Shown: positions 1 to 12,735, counted from the first letter of the stretch. The stretch: DNA of 56,391 nt from Armatimonadota bacterium (GCA_037440005.1 JBBIUY010000017.1:1-56391), one strand, 5' to 3'. Notes: generated by a model from the sequence alone, not told the origin. Numbers and translations are program-made.

Positions 1-2
1 GT

Positions 3-161
3 CTAGACGTCTCGCATCAACGCCCGCGCATCCTCCCGGCTGACACCCTGGGGGTAGTCCCTGGGGTGCGCCCGGCTCACGTGGAGGTTGACGATCTCCA
101 CCATCTCCTCTTCCGTGTGGGTCGTAAACTCAGCTCCGCAGGGACAGGTCACCTTTTTCAT
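3..161 (-). CDS. Small putative metal-binding protein (DUF1059-like), 52 aa
   Basis: Not in ORF track. Manual translation MKKVTCPCGAEFTTHTEEEMVEIVNLHVSRAHPRDYPQGVSREDARALMRDV*, with GGAGGAGG RBS upstream and a CxC...HxxxxH pattern. Confidence 0.75.
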   Translation of the reverse strand: MKKVTCPCGAEFTTHTEEEMVEIVNLHVSRAHPRDYPQGVSREDARALMRDV

Positions 162-260
162 GAGGACGCCTCCTCCCGGGGATGCCTGGGTGGGTCGCTG
201 CCCCCTTCTCGCCGGGCGGAGGAACTCCTGCTGTCCCGGCGGGGCGCACCCGGGACGGGA

Positions 261-722
261 TCACCGCGCCATCGGAGGCGCCGGGGGCTCCTCCTCGGCT
301 GTCCGGTAGAATGCTGTCTCGAATAGCTGCGGGGCCTCCACGAAGATGCCAAAGCCCGTCGCCGCGACCGCCCCGTCCGGCAGCGTCAGCCGGGCCAGGG
401 CCCGCACGGCCCGACCGGTCACGTCTCCCACGTGCGCGTCCACCCGCGTCGGCAGGTGCAGCGGGACGGGTCGCAGGTAGTCGATCTCCACCCGCAGAGC
501 CACGGCCCGGTGGCCGGCCCGCCACACGGCGGCTCCCATGGCCTCGTCCAGCACCGCGGCGATCATCCCGCCGTGGGCGTGCCCGGGCGGGCCCTGCTGG
601 CCTTCCCGGAAGACGGCCTCGGCGGTCACCCGGCCGCCGGTGTCCTCAAAGAAGACCACGCTCATGCTGCCCGGGAAAGATCCGCACACCGGGCACGGAC
701 CGTGCTCTGCCAGACGCCGCAT
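261..722 (-). CDS. PaaI family (hotdog-fold) thioesterase
   Basis: CPVCG N-terminus, QGPPGHAHGGMIAAVLDEAMG and IDYLRPVP motifs. Confidence 0.85.
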   Translation of the reverse strand: MRRLAEHGPCPVCGSFPGSMSVVFFEDTGGRVTAEAVFREGQQGPPGHAHGGMIAAVLDEAMGAAVWRAGHRAVALRVEIDYLRPVPLHLPTRVDAHVGDVTGRAVRALARLTLPDGAVAATGFGIFVEAPQLFETAFYRTAEEEPPAPPMAR

Positions 723-952
723 CCCTGCTCCCTCCCGGGGCCGTCAGGACGCCCCCTGCCCGCGTTCCCGGGGTGCCTGATTCGTCCCGGACCCCGAGGG
801 CTCATGCCGGCGACCGGCCCCGGGGCACTCCGGCTACAGACGGCTGCCGCCGGCTCTCGCCGGCCCGGGGGCCCGACGCGGGATCGATCGGGACGCGCCG
901 GGACCATCCGCGGTACAATCCCGGCAGGTCACCGGGCCGGAGGTCGCAGACC

Positions 953-1894
953 ATGAGGTACCGCAGGTTGGGACGGGCGGGGTTGGAAGTCTCGGTGGTG
1001 GGGGTGGGCGGGAACAACTTCGGCCGCGCGTGCGACGCCGAGCAGACCGCGCGGGTGGTGCACGCGGCGCTGGACTGCGGGATCACGTTCTTCGACACCG
1101 CCGACTCCTACGGCCAGGGCCGCTCCGAGGACTACCTGGGCCGGGCGCTGGCCGGTCGGCGGGACAGAGCCGTCATCGCCACCAAGGTGGGGTGGGACCT
1201 GGGACCGGGCCCCAATGAGCGGGGAGCCTCCCGGGCGCGGATCCTGCGAGGTATCGACGCGAGCCTGCGCCGGCTGGGCACCGACTACGTGGACCTCTAT
1301 CAGATCCACCGGTGGGATCCCCACACGCCTCTGGAGGAAACCCTGGAGACGCTCTCGGACCTGGTCCGCCAGGGCAAGGTGCGGTACATCGGGTGCTCCA
1401 ACTTCGCGGCCTGGCAGCTGGTGTGGGCGCTGTGGCAGGCCGACCGGCGGGGTTGGACACCCGTCGTGACCGTGCAGCCGGAGTACAGCCTGCTCAACCG
1501 CGCCGTCGAGCGGGACCTGCTGCCGGCCTGTGAGGCGTTCGGCATCGGGGTGATTCCGTACTTCCCGCTGGCAGCGGGCATGCTGACGGGCAAATACCGG
1601 GAGGACGCACCGCCTCCTCCGGGCAGCCGCCTGCACATGCTGGAGCACCTGCGGGCGCGCTTTGCCACCCCCCGCACCTTCGCGATCGTTCGACGGCTGG
1701 AGGCCTGGGCGGCGCAGCGGGGCCGGACGGTGGCGGAACTGGCGATCGCCTGGCTGCTGGTGCGGCCGCAGGTGTGCACGGTCATCGCCGGGGCGACGAC
1801 CCCCGAGCAGGTCCTGGCCAACGCCCGGGCCGCCGACTGGCAGCTCACCCCGCAGGAGGCGGAGGAAGTCTCCGCCCTCGCCCCGCCGGAATAG
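953..1894 (+). CDS. Aldo/keto reductase
   Basis: MRYRRLGRAGLEVS start after GGAGG; FFDTADSYG, ATK, DLYQIH, IGCSN and QPEYSLL motifs; TACAAT at 914-919. Confidence 0.92.
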   Translation: MRYRRLGRAGLEVSVVGVGGNNFGRACDAEQTARVVHAALDCGITFFDTADSYGQGRSEDYLGRALAGRRDRAVIATKVGWDLGPGPNERGASRARILRGIDASLRRLGTDYVDLYQIHRWDPHTPLEETLETLSDLVRQGKVRYIGCSNFAAWQLVWALWQADRRGWTPVVTVQPEYSLLNRAVERDLLPACEAFGIGVIPYFPLAAGMLTGKYREDAPPPPGSRLHMLEHLRARFATPRTFAIVRRLEAWAAQRGRTVAELAIAWLLVRPQVCTVIAGATTPEQVLANARAADWQLTPQEAEEVSALAPPE

Positions 1895-1959
1895 ACGCGC
1901 ACGGACGATCCGGCCCCCGCCTCCCCGACGACGCGACGGCCCGACCGCGGGACAGCCGG

Positions 1960-4074
<2,115 letters not shown>

Positions 4075-4104
4075 CGGGTCACCTGGGGTCTTGTCAGCCG
4101 ACCC

Positions 4105-4602
4105 TCAGGGCAGGCCGCGCACCAGCATCACCGCCAGCGCCACGATGACCAGCGCGAGGGCGGTGTTGGCCCGGGCGATCCAGGAGGCCCGGCGCCGCAA
4201 GCGGACGGCGGCGGGCGAGTCGGGCCCGTGCCGGTCTGCGACGCGGGTGCTGGCCGGTCCCAGCAGGAAGTCGTGCAGACCGCTGAGGGCCAGCGTGGCC
4301 GCCACCAGCATCGCCTTGACGGTCAGAAGGCGACCGAAGGTGCCGCCCCACAGGCGCCCCGTGACCACCGCCTCCCAGGTGACCCCGCGCAGGGCCGCGC
4401 TGGCCACGCCCGTCACCACCAGCACTCCCAGCGCGGTCCAGGCGACCGGCAAAAACCGGCGGCCCAGGGCCGTCACCAGATGCGCCCGCTCGGCGGGCGG
4501 CAGCTGTCGCGCCACCGGGATGGCCACCAGGGCCAAAAACAGCAGACCGCCGACCCACACGGCTGCCGCCGTGAGGTGGAGGAAGACGACGACGTGGTAC
4601 AT
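4105..4602 (-). CDS. CopD/DUF4149-like membrane protein
   Basis: LHLTAAAVWVGG and LHDF motifs, four hydrophobic segments, directly upstream of copB. Confidence 0.75.
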   Translation of the reverse strand: MYHVVVFLHLTAAAVWVGGLLFLALVAIPVARQLPPAERAHLVTALGRRFLPVAWTALGVLVVTGVASAALRGVTWEAVVTGRLWGGTFGRLLTVKAMLVAATLALSGLHDFLLGPASTRVADRHGPDSPAAVRLRRRASWIARANTALALVIVALAVMLVRGLP

Positions 4603-4610
4603 GCCCGTCC

Positions 4611-4988
4611 TCAGCGCGGCGGGTCTGCCCCCGCGGCCTCCGGGCGGTGCAGCTCCACCAGCCTGCCGTCCGGATCCCGCAGGTGCGCCGACCGCCCCCA
4701 GGGAAAGTCACGCGGCCCCACCTCGATCCTCAGCCCCGCGGCTGTCAGCTCCGCGCAGGCGCGGTCCACGTCGGAGACCGCGAAGGCGATGTGGTCCTCG
4801 TCCCGGGGCCATCCGGGGTCGTGGACCGGGGCCCGCTGGTGCAAAAGGAGCCTGACGTCGCCCAGCAGGAACGTGGCCGTCTGTCCGGGGTGGTGTGACG
4901 CCGGCGGGCGGCCCAGCAGCGTCGCGGAGAAAGCCGTCGTACGGTCCACGTCCGCGCAGAACCGCGTGATCTCCACCAACCGCTTCAT
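4611..4988 (-). CDS. VOC (glyoxalase/bleomycin resistance) family protein
   Basis: HIAFAVSDVD, PRDFPWGRSAHLRDPDGRLVEL; ATG at 4988 after GGAGG. Confidence 0.85.
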   Translation of the reverse strand: MKRLVEITRFCADVDRTTAFSATLLGRPPASHHPGQTATFLLGDVRLLLHQRAPVHDPGWPRDEDHIAFAVSDVDRACAELTAAGLRIEVGPRDFPWGRSAHLRDPDGRLVELHRPEAAGADPPR

Positions 4989-5340
4989 GTGTCCGGCCTC
5001 CCCCCGCCCCGCACCTCTGGGCTTAGTTCGCGCCCCGCCGGGGGTTTCCCGCAGACCGCGGGAAATCCGGGTCCGCAGGCCGGCTCGGGCAGATCTTCGC
5101 CCGGCGCAGCGGCCGGCAGGTCTCGGCCGGGCACAGGCGGCGTCGGACCGGTCCCGGGCTCCCCCGGCCGCGTCCGGGACGGTACCGGGAGGGAAAGAAT
5201 GAGGACAGGGAACGGACGGGCGCACGCCCAAGGGGATAATCCAGGAGCTGACCCGGGACCATGGGCCCGTAGAGCGTGCCCGCCGCATGGCACCCCGGCA
5301 GCTACATGAAGCGGACCACTGAACCGCGCGTCAGCCGTGC

Positions 5341-6939
5341 TTACGGACCGTGGTACACTGTCTTCCCCCCCACCACGGTACGGAGCACCGGGATCTGCGC
5401 GAGCTCCTCGGGGTCCACCTGGAAAGGGTCGCGGTCCAACACCACGAAGTCCGCCCACTTGCCCGGCGACAGGCTGCCCAGCTCGCTCTCCGCAAAGGCG
5501 GCGTATGCGGCCCCCACGGTGTAGGCCCGCACCGCCTCTTCCACGGAGACCGCCTCCTCCGGTGCCAGCTGCCAGGCGCCCTCGGTCCTGCGGGTGACGG
5601 CGGCCTGGATGCCCTTCAGGGGCGCGCCGTCCACCACGGGCCGGTCGGAACTGAAGGCCACGGGGATGCCTCGCAGGGAGGCTACGGGGAGCAGCCAGCG
5701 CAACCGTCCCCGGCCCAAAGCCGCCGCATACCCTTCCGCCAGCTCGTACACGAAGCGCGGCTGGGTGACCACCACGGGCCGGAGTTGGTGCAGCCGCTGC
5801 ACCAGGTCCGGGGGCGCGAGGCCGCAGTGCTCGATCCGGGGACGGAACCGGCTGGCCTCCAACCCCATCGCCTGCTGTATCGCGTCGAGCGCTGCTTCCA
5901 CCGCCCGGTCCCCGATAGCGTGCATGGCCACCTGCCAGCCTCCCGCGCGGGCGCGTCGCACCAGCTCCACCAGGACATCGGGTTCCTTGACCAGCATGCC
6001 CTTGTCCGCGCGGTCCGCGTAGGGCTCGCGCAGGGCCGCGGTGCGGCCGATGAGGGAGCCATCCGTGAAAATCTTCACCGCACCCAGGCGCAGACGGTCG
6101 CTTCCGAACCCCGTCCGCAGCCCGAAGGCGAAGTCGAAGCGGCCCCCACGAACCGGCAACCGCTCCACATCGACCATGAGCCACACCCGCTGAGGCAGCA
6201 AGCCTTCCCCCACCGCCTCCTGGTAGGCCCGGAACTCCTCGGGTGCGATCCAGCCAGCCCAGGCGTCCTGGGCCGCGGTAATCCCCTCCTGCGCCATCTG
6301 CCGGCCCGCCACCGCCAGCGCGGATTTCGTCTCCTCGAGGGTGTAGGGCGGGAGGACGCGTTTGACCAAGTCCTGGGCGGTCTCTAGCAGGAGTCCCGTG
6401 GGCTCGCCCGCCTCGTCCCGCACGATGCGGCCACCTGGGGGGTCCGGGGAGTTACGGGTGATCCCGGCTGCCTGCAACGCCAGGCTGTTGGCTACCCCCA
6501 TGTGGCCGGAAATGTGAAGAAGCCACACGGGGTGGTCGGGAGAAACCGGATCCAAGTCGTGGCGGTTCGGGTGGCGCCGTTCCGCCAGCTTGTTGTCGTC
6601 GTACCCGCCTCCCCGGATCCAGCCGCCCGGCGGGGCGTTGCGCACGCGGGAGGTCACCGCCGCCACCACCTCCGCCACGGAAGCTGCCTGCCGCACGTTG
6701 ACTTCCACCAGACTCAGTCCGAAGAGCAGCACGTGGCAGTGGGCGTCATGGAACCCGGGCAACACCGTGGCTCCCTCCAGGTCCACCATAGCAGTCCCCG
6801 GACCGGCCAGGTTGCGAATCCCCGCATCGTCTCCCACCGCCACCACCCGGTCGCCCCACACCGCCAGGGCCTCCGCCCGAGGCTGGCCGGGGTCCAGAGT
6901 GTAGATCCTGCCTCGCCAGTAGACGGCTTCCGGGCGCAT
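5341..6939 (-). CDS. YtcJ-like amidohydrolase (Amidohydro_3)
   Basis: PGFHDAHCH, KIFTDGS, HAIGD, RIEH, SSD and GKWADFVVL motifs; ATG overlaps the upstream stop. Confidence 0.9.
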   Translation of the reverse strand: MRPEAVYWRGRIYTLDPGQPRAEALAVWGDRVVAVGDDAGIRNLAGPGTAMVDLEGATVLPGFHDAHCHVLLFGLSLVEVNVRQAASVAEVVAAVTSRVRNAPPGGWIRGGGYDDNKLAERRHPNRHDLDPVSPDHPVWLLHISGHMGVANSLALQAAGITRNSPDPPGGRIVRDEAGEPTGLLLETAQDLVKRVLPPYTLEETKSALAVAGRQMAQEGITAAQDAWAGWIAPEEFRAYQEAVGEGLLPQRVWLMVDVERLPVRGGRFDFAFGLRTGFGSDRLRLGAVKIFTDGSLIGRTAALREPYADRADKGMLVKEPDVLVELVRRARAGGWQVAMHAIGDRAVEAALDAIQQAMGLEASRFRPRIEHCGLAPPDLVQRLHQLRPVVVTQPRFVYELAEGYAAALGRGRLRWLLPVASLRGIPVAFSSDRPVVDGAPLKGIQAAVTRRTEGAWQLAPEEAVSVEEAVRAYTVGAAYAAFAESELGSLSPGKWADFVVLDRDPFQVDPEELAQIPVLRTVVGGKTVYHGP

Positions 6940-8084
6940 CACTCACTCCCGGTGGGCTCCGCGAAACGCACCACCTGCCGCACCACGGTGCCGTCAGCCA
7001 GGGCGTCGAAGGCCTCGTTGATCTCCTCGAACCGGATAACGCGGCTGAGCAGTCGGTCCACAGGGAGCAAGCCAGCCCGGTACATGTCAAGAAACCGCGG
7101 AATGTCCCGTCGCGGCACGGCGGAACCCATGTAGGAGCCACGCACCGTGCGCTCCTCGGTGACCAGGGTCACCGCGGGCAGGCGTAGGATCCGGCTGGGG
7201 TCCGGGAGGCTCACCGTGACCGTATTGCCACCCCGGGCGGTGGCCAGGTAAGCCTGCTCCAGGACCCGTTCACTCCCCGCGCACTCGAAGGCGTACTCCG
7301 CGCCGCCCCCTGTCAACTCCCGCACGCGGGCTGCTGCGTCCTCCTCCTTTGCGTGGACCGTGTACGTCGCCCCCAGGGTCCGGGCCAAAGCCAGCTTCTC
7401 CTCCCGCACGTCCACGGCCACGATGGGGTGTGCCCCCACAGCCCGGGCTCCCAGCAGCGCGCTGAGACCCACGCCGCCCAGGCCGAACACCGCCACGGAG
7501 CTGCCCGGCTCCACCCGGGCGGTGTTGAACACCGCTCCTACTCCGGTGATCACCGCGCACCCGAACAAAGCAGCCACCTCTGGAGGCGCGTCATCCTCGA
7601 TGCGCACCAGGCTCTCCTGCGCCGCGACGGTGAAGCGCGAGAAGGCGGAGACTCCCAGGTGGTGGTGGAGGTAGCGCTGCCCCGACCGGAAGTGGCACGA
7701 CCCGTCTAGCAGGCACCCTGCGGCGTTGGTGGCGTTGCCCCGCTCGCACAGAGCGGGCCGTCCCACGGCGCAGAACCGACACCGCCCGCACGCGGGCACG
7801 AAGCTGAACACCACCCGGTCCCCCTCCCGGACCTCCGTCACGCCCGGGCCGACCGCCTCGACCACGCCGGCGGCCTCGTGGCCCAGGACCATGGGCATGA
7901 CCCGGGGGCGGGTTCCGTCGATCACCGCGAGGTCCGAGTGACACAAGCCGGCGGCCTCCACTCTCACCAGGACTTCTCCCCAGCCCGGTTGCTCCAACTC
8001 CAGCTCGTCAAGCCGGAGCGGTCGGGAATCCGCGTAGGGCCTCGGGAGACCCATTTCGTACAACATCGCAGCCCGTGTCCGCAT
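6939..8084 (-). CDS. Zinc-dependent alcohol dehydrogenase (class III-like MDR)
   Basis: GLCHSD, GHE, CGRCRFC..C, FGCAVITG and GLGGVG motifs; GGAGG before ATG 8084. Confidence 0.92.
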   Translation of the reverse strand: MRTRAAMLYEMGLPRPYADSRPLRLDELELEQPGWGEVLVRVEAAGLCHSDLAVIDGTRPRVMPMVLGHEAAGVVEAVGPGVTEVREGDRVVFSFVPACGRCRFCAVGRPALCERGNATNAAGCLLDGSCHFRSGQRYLHHHLGVSAFSRFTVAAQESLVRIEDDAPPEVAALFGCAVITGVGAVFNTARVEPGSSVAVFGLGGVGLSALLGARAVGAHPIVAVDVREEKLALARTLGATYTVHAKEEDAAARVRELTGGGAEYAFECAGSERVLEQAYLATARGGNTVTVSLPDPSRILRLPAVTLVTEERTVRGSYMGSAVPRRDIPRFLDMYRAGLLPVDRLLSRVIRFEEINEAFDALADGTVVRQVVRFAEPTGSE

Positions 8085-8098
8085 ACTTCCTCCTGTCG

Positions 8099-8902
8099 TC
8101 AGCCGACGAAGGCGGCGAGCTCCGCGGAGAATTTGTTGGGTTCCTCCACCATCAGGGCGTGGCCGCTGTTCTCGAACCAGACCAATTTGCAGTTCTTGAT
8201 CCGCCGCGCCATGTACTCCGCCCACCCCCAGTGACAGACCTTGTCGTCCCGGCTGTGGCAGATCAGCACCGGCAGGTCCACCGCATCGATAAGATCCCGG
8301 AGGTCCTCCGTGATCAGGGTCTTGAAGTACTTGTAGCCTACGTAGGCCGGCATGCGCAGCCAGTGACCGTAGAGGAACCAGGTCTTGGTGGCCTGCATGT
8401 CGGTCCGTTTGAAGTTGTTGTCCGCGAAGGCCGCCATCACCTCAGGCAACCCTCGGCGGATCCCCTCCAGGGCCGCCTGGGCTTCCTCGATCGTCATCCC
8501 GTAGGGCTCTGAGTCGGTGCGCACGAACCGAGGGGTGGCGGGGGCCACCATGGCCAGCTTGGTCACCCGGCGGTCCCCGTTGAAGCGCGCCACGTACTTA
8601 AGGCCCACCCCCGCCCCCATGGACCAACCCACGAAGGTCACGTCCCGCAGGTTCAGGATCTCCATGAACGCCTTGAGGTCCGCGCACATCTCGTCATAGG
8701 TGTATTCAGAATATGGCTTGTCTGAATCTCCGTGACCCCGCAGATCCACGCACACGCACCGGAAGCGGTCGTGCAGATCCAGCACCGCGTAGTTCCAGGT
8801 GTCCACCGTGGCGCTGTAGCCGGAGACGAACAGGATAGGCTTCCCCCTTCCCCCGTCCCGGTAATGCATGCGGATCCCTGTCTTCAGCTCCACGAACGGC
8901 AT
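8099..8902 (-). CDS. Alpha/beta hydrolase (non-haem haloperoxidase/esterase-like)
   Basis: DLRGHGDS, GWSMG nucleophile elbow, DDKV acid, SGH catalytic His. Confidence 0.88.
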   Translation of the reverse strand: MPFVELKTGIRMHYRDGGRGKPILFVSGYSATVDTWNYAVLDLHDRFRCVCVDLRGHGDSDKPYSEYTYDEMCADLKAFMEILNLRDVTFVGWSMGAGVGLKYVARFNGDRRVTKLAMVAPATPRFVRTDSEPYGMTIEEAQAALEGIRRGLPEVMAAFADNNFKRTDMQATKTWFLYGHWLRMPAYVGYKYFKTLITEDLRDLIDAVDLPVLICHSRDDKVCHWGWAEYMARRIKNCKLVWFENSGHALMVEEPNKFSAELAAFVG

Positions 8903-9077
8903 GGCATCTCACCTCCTCTCACATGGACGCTCCCCCGCTCGACCTTGTGTGAACCCCGCACGCACAATGGACAACCAACGCCACACTGCCCCACCGGGGC
9001 ATGTCCGGCGCGTTCGGTACGCCTCGGTCGCGTACGCTCCCATGAGTCTTATCCGGTAGCTTTCCGGTGCCCGCGGC

Positions 9078-10271
9078 CTATCGCTCCCCGAAGAACGGCT
9101 TGACAGTCACCCACTTCCCCTTGCGGGCCTCCACGATGGCCAGCTGGCGAATGCCGGAGTGGTCGGTACGGCTGTAGCTGAATGGCGGGGTGAGGCCTCC
9201 GGCCGTGAAGTCGCGGATGGACTCCATGGCCTCGATGAACCGCTCCCGGGTCAGCTGCCTTCCGGCCCGCCGAAGCCCCTCCACGAACAGGGCCGCCGCC
9301 GCATCGGAGGAGATGCTATAGCCTCCTGGAACCTCGTCAGGGAAGGCGGCTTTCAAACGCGCGCGGTACGCCGCCGCTTCTGGGGACTCGGCTTCCGGAT
9401 CAATCAACCAGGCCCCCGCCTGCGCCCCTTCTACGACCTCACCGGCGAGCCGGAACAGCACAGGGTCTGCTAGCACATAGGTCATCAACCACCGGGGTCG
9501 AAAGCCCAGCCGGGCAACCTCCCGCATGAGGCTAACCTGAGGAATGACGATCGCGTAGGAGAAGACGAGATCGGGGTTTGCCGCGCGCAGCTGCACAGCG
9601 TGGGCGGTGTAGCTCGTCTCGCCAACCTCGTACGGGATATCCGCCACCGCGCGAACACCCTGCAGTCGCAGGTACTGCAGGAATCCGTCCCGGCCTTCCT
9701 TACCGTAGGAGTCGTTCTGGTAAAAGACCGCAATCCGCTTTGCCCGAAGGGTCTCCAGGGCATACCTCCCCATCAGCCTACCCTCAAACCCGTAGATTGG
9801 CTGGATGTTGAAGTAGTTGCGCTTAAATGGGTGGACCCACAGGGCTGATCCAGACGCCGGCGCGATCACAGGAACCCCACGCTCCACCAGGTAGTCCAGA
9901 ATGGCCGCGCCCGTAGGCGTGCCCAAGGGACGAAAGATGGCGAACACCTCGTCGCGTTCAACGAGCTTCCGGGTCACGGCCAACGTCTCTGGGGGAGTGT
10001 AGCGGTCATCCTCCACCAGGAGCCGGATCCGCCGGCCATGGATACCCCCCTGGTCATTGACCCACTTGAAGTAGGCCAACGCCCCTCGCGCCAGCGGGAT
10101 GCCGATGGTGGACACAGGCCCAGACATCGCCACGGGCATTCCGATGGTAACCGTATCGTCAGTCACCCCCGGCACCCGCTGTGCCACACCCGGCTGCGGG
10201 ATCGCGGCCACAAGCATGCCCGCGGCTGCGACTGCCGCGAGAACTGGCGCCACCGTTCTCCGTTCGATCAT
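9078..10271 (-). CDS. LIV-type (HAAT) ABC substrate-binding protein 1
   Basis: Signal peptide; GGIHGRRIRLLVEDDRY and YQNDSYG motifs. Confidence 0.88.
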   Translation of the reverse strand: MIERRTVAPVLAAVAAAGMLVAAIPQPGVAQRVPGVTDDTVTIGMPVAMSGPVSTIGIPLARGALAYFKWVNDQGGIHGRRIRLLVEDDRYTPPETLAVTRKLVERDEVFAIFRPLGTPTGAAILDYLVERGVPVIAPASGSALWVHPFKRNYFNIQPIYGFEGRLMGRYALETLRAKRIAVFYQNDSYGKEGRDGFLQYLRLQGVRAVADIPYEVGETSYTAHAVQLRAANPDLVFSYAIVIPQVSLMREVARLGFRPRWLMTYVLADPVLFRLAGEVVEGAQAGAWLIDPEAESPEAAAYRARLKAAFPDEVPGGYSISSDAAAALFVEGLRRAGRQLTRERFIEAMESIRDFTAGGLTPPFSYSRTDHSGIRQLAIVEARKGKWVTVKPFFGER

Positions 10272-10306
10272 GTTGCGCGCCCCCTTTCGCCCGGCAACCT
10301 CGTCTC

Positions 10307-11011
10307 CTACCGTCCGAGATAGAGGCGTTCTACTTCGGGATCCCGGCGCAGCGACCCCACGTCGCCGCTTAAACGCACCCTGCCTCCCCGGAGGACGTAG
10401 GCGCGTGTCGCGAGGCCCAGCGCCAGGTAGGCGTTCTGCTCCACCATCAGCACCGTGGTCCCGTCTGCATTGATGAGGCGAATGATCTCAAAGATCTGCC
10501 GCACCACCCGTGGAGCGAGCCCCAGAGACGGCTCGTCGAGCAGCAGCAGCACGGGGCGCGCCATCAGCGCCCGCCCAATGGCCAACATCTGCTGCTCCCC
10601 GCCCGACAGCGACTCGGCGCGCTGCGAGTGGCGGGCACGCAGCGCGGGGAAGAGCGCCATCACCCGTTCCATATCATCCCGGATAGCGCGGCGATCCCGG
10701 CGCCGAAACGCGCCCATGCGCAGGTTCTCGACCACTGTCAGGTCCGGGAACAACTGACGAGCCTCCGGCACGTGGCTGATGCCCGCCGCAGCGATCCACT
10801 CCGGTGGTCTACCATCGATGCGGTGGCCCTGAAACCGCACATGTCCCGACCAAGGGCGCAGCAAGCCTGAGATGACGCGCAGGGTGGTGGTCTTCCCGGC
10901 GCCGTTACTCCCCAACAGCGCCACGATCTCCCCCGCACTGACCGTAAGCGACACCTCGGACAGAACCGGCATCGACCCGTACCCGGCACTCACGCCCTCC
11001 ACCTCAAGCAC
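10307..11011 (-). CDS. ABC ATP-binding protein (LivF-like)
   Basis: GSNGAGKTT, LSGGEQQM, LLLDEPSLGLAP. Confidence 0.92.
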   Translation of the reverse strand: MLEVEGVSAGYGSMPVLSEVSLTVSAGEIVALLGSNGAGKTTTLRVISGLLRPWSGHVRFQGHRIDGRPPEWIAAAGISHVPEARQLFPDLTVVENLRMGAFRRRDRRAIRDDMERVMALFPALRARHSQRAESLSGGEQQMLAIGRALMARPVLLLLDEPSLGLAPRVVRQIFEIIRLINADGTTVLMVEQNAYLALGLATRAYVLRGGRVRLSGDVGSLRRDPEVERLYLGR

Positions 11012-11774
11012 GAGTGACCTCCCCCAAGTAGGCCTCGATTACTGCCGGGTCAGAGCGCACCGCTTCCGGCGGGCCTGAGGCGATTACCCGCCCAAAGTCG
11101 AGGACTACGATCTGCTCGCAAACGTCCATGACCAGCGCCATGTCGTGTTCCACGAGCAGGAGGGAGCATTCGTACCGATCCCGGACCCGCCGCAGCGTCT
11201 GCCCGAGCTGACCGCTCTCCTCCAACGTCAGCCCCGCGGCAGGTTCGTCCAGCAGGAGCAAGCGCGGATGGGAGACCAGCGCCCGTGCGAGATCGACCCG
11301 CTTCCGCAACATGAAGTTGAGAGCCCCCGCCGGGACGGCCGCCAGCGCGGCCAAGCCTAGCATCTCCATGACGTCCGTCGCCCGCTCCCGCATCCAGTGT
11401 TCCTCCCCGTGTCCCCTCGGCGGGCGCAGTGCAGCGGACCACACGTTCACACGGTGCTGCGCGTGCAGGCCGACCAGTACATTGTCCTCGACGGACATGC
11501 TGGGAAAGATCTCCGCCCCTTGGAACGTTCGGGCGATCCCGTACCCCACAATCTCGTGGGGCCGACAGCCCAGCAGATCCGTTCCACCGAACCGGATGTG
11601 ACCCCCAGCCGGATCGCAAAACCGGCTGATGGCGTTGAGCAACGTCGTCTTTCCGGCCCCGTTCGGTCCGATCAGACCTACGATCCGTCCCTCTTCCACT
11701 TCAAGCGACACCCGATCGAGCGCCACGAGTCCTCCGAAGCGAACGGTCAACTCACGCACCTCAAGACGCGGCAT
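11004..11774 (-). CDS. ABC ATP-binding protein (LivG-like)
   Basis: GPNGAGKTT, GIARTFQ, LLLDEPAAG, VEHDM, VIEAYLG. Confidence 0.92.
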   Translation of the reverse strand: MPRLEVRELTVRFGGLVALDRVSLEVEEGRIVGLIGPNGAGKTTLLNAISRFCDPAGGHIRFGGTDLLGCRPHEIVGYGIARTFQGAEIFPSMSVEDNVLVGLHAQHRVNVWSAALRPPRGHGEEHWMRERATDVMEMLGLAALAAVPAGALNFMLRKRVDLARALVSHPRLLLLDEPAAGLTLEESGQLGQTLRRVRDRYECSLLLVEHDMALVMDVCEQIVVLDFGRVIASGPPEAVRSDPAVIEAYLGEVTRA

Positions 11775-12735
11775 GATCCTTCTCCACCACCGATGGACGA
11801 ACCATGATGCGCTGCCTCCCGGCCGCCCGCCACCTGGCCGTCGCCCGCCATAGGCCGCCGGGTATGAAGATGACCGTCAATACGAGGGCCAGACCGTAGA
11901 CCACGGTGCGCAGGTCACGCACTCCGCTCAGGAGCTGGAATCCTACAGTGAGCACTACGGCGCCCGCGACGGATCCGGGGATCGAGGCCAGCCCCCCGAT
12001 GACGATGGCACTCATGAGGAAGATGGAGATCAGGAGGTTGAAGTCAGAGGGGCTGACGTACCCCACCATGTGCGCGTACAGCGCACCGGCGATCCCCGCG
12101 TAGAAGGCGCTCACGGCAAACGCGAGCGTCTTCGTCCGCGCCGGATCGATTCCGGAGGCCTGCGCTGCTGCTTCGCTGTCACGCACGGCCACAAAGGCTC
12201 TCCCGACCGGCGAACGCACCAGGTTGGTCGCCGCCAGGGTCATCGACGCCAGCACCCCTGCGGTCAGGTAGTAGAGGGCGGTGTCTCCCGCCAGCGTCCA
12301 CGAACCCAGCGAAGGGCGGGGAGGTTTCAACCCCATATACCCTCCTGTGAGCCTCTCCCACTTCAAAAGGACCTGGGACACCGCCGTCCCGAACCCCAGC
12401 GTGGCAATGGCCAAGTACGGGCCGCTGAGGCGAAGAGCTGGGACGCCCAACAACCAGCCGGTCGCCGCAGTCAGGAACCCAGCTGCTGGCAGCGTCATCC
12501 AGAAGGGCCATCCCACCTTCAGGGCGAGCAGCGCGGAGGTGTAGGCACCGATGCCCACAAACCCCGCGTGACCGATGGAGATCTGCCCCGTAAACCCCGT
12601 CAGCACGTTGAGGCCTACTGCGGCGACGGCCCAGATCATCCCGAGGGTCAGCACGTACAGGTAATATCCGGGCACGATGGCCGGCAAGAGTGCCACAACC
12701 GCCGCCACAGCCGCTTGTAACACGCGGTCTCTCAT
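11761..12735 (-). CDS. ABC permease (LivM-like)
   Basis: GQISIGHAGF, YLAIATLGF, AVRDSE; start MRDRV overlaps the livH stop. Confidence 0.9.
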   Translation of the reverse strand: MRDRVLQAAVAAVVALLPAIVPGYYLYVLTLGMIWAVAAVGLNVLTGFTGQISIGHAGFVGIGAYTSALLALKVGWPFWMTLPAAGFLTAATGWLLGVPALRLSGPYLAIATLGFGTAVSQVLLKWERLTGGYMGLKPPRPSLGSWTLAGDTALYYLTAGVLASMTLAATNLVRSPVGRAFVAVRDSEAAAQASGIDPARTKTLAFAVSAFYAGIAGALYAHMVGYVSPSDFNLLISIFLMSAIVIGGLASIPGSVAGAVVLTVGFQLLSGVRDLRTVVYGLALVLTVIFIPGGLWRATARWRAAGRQRIMVRPSVVEKDHAAS

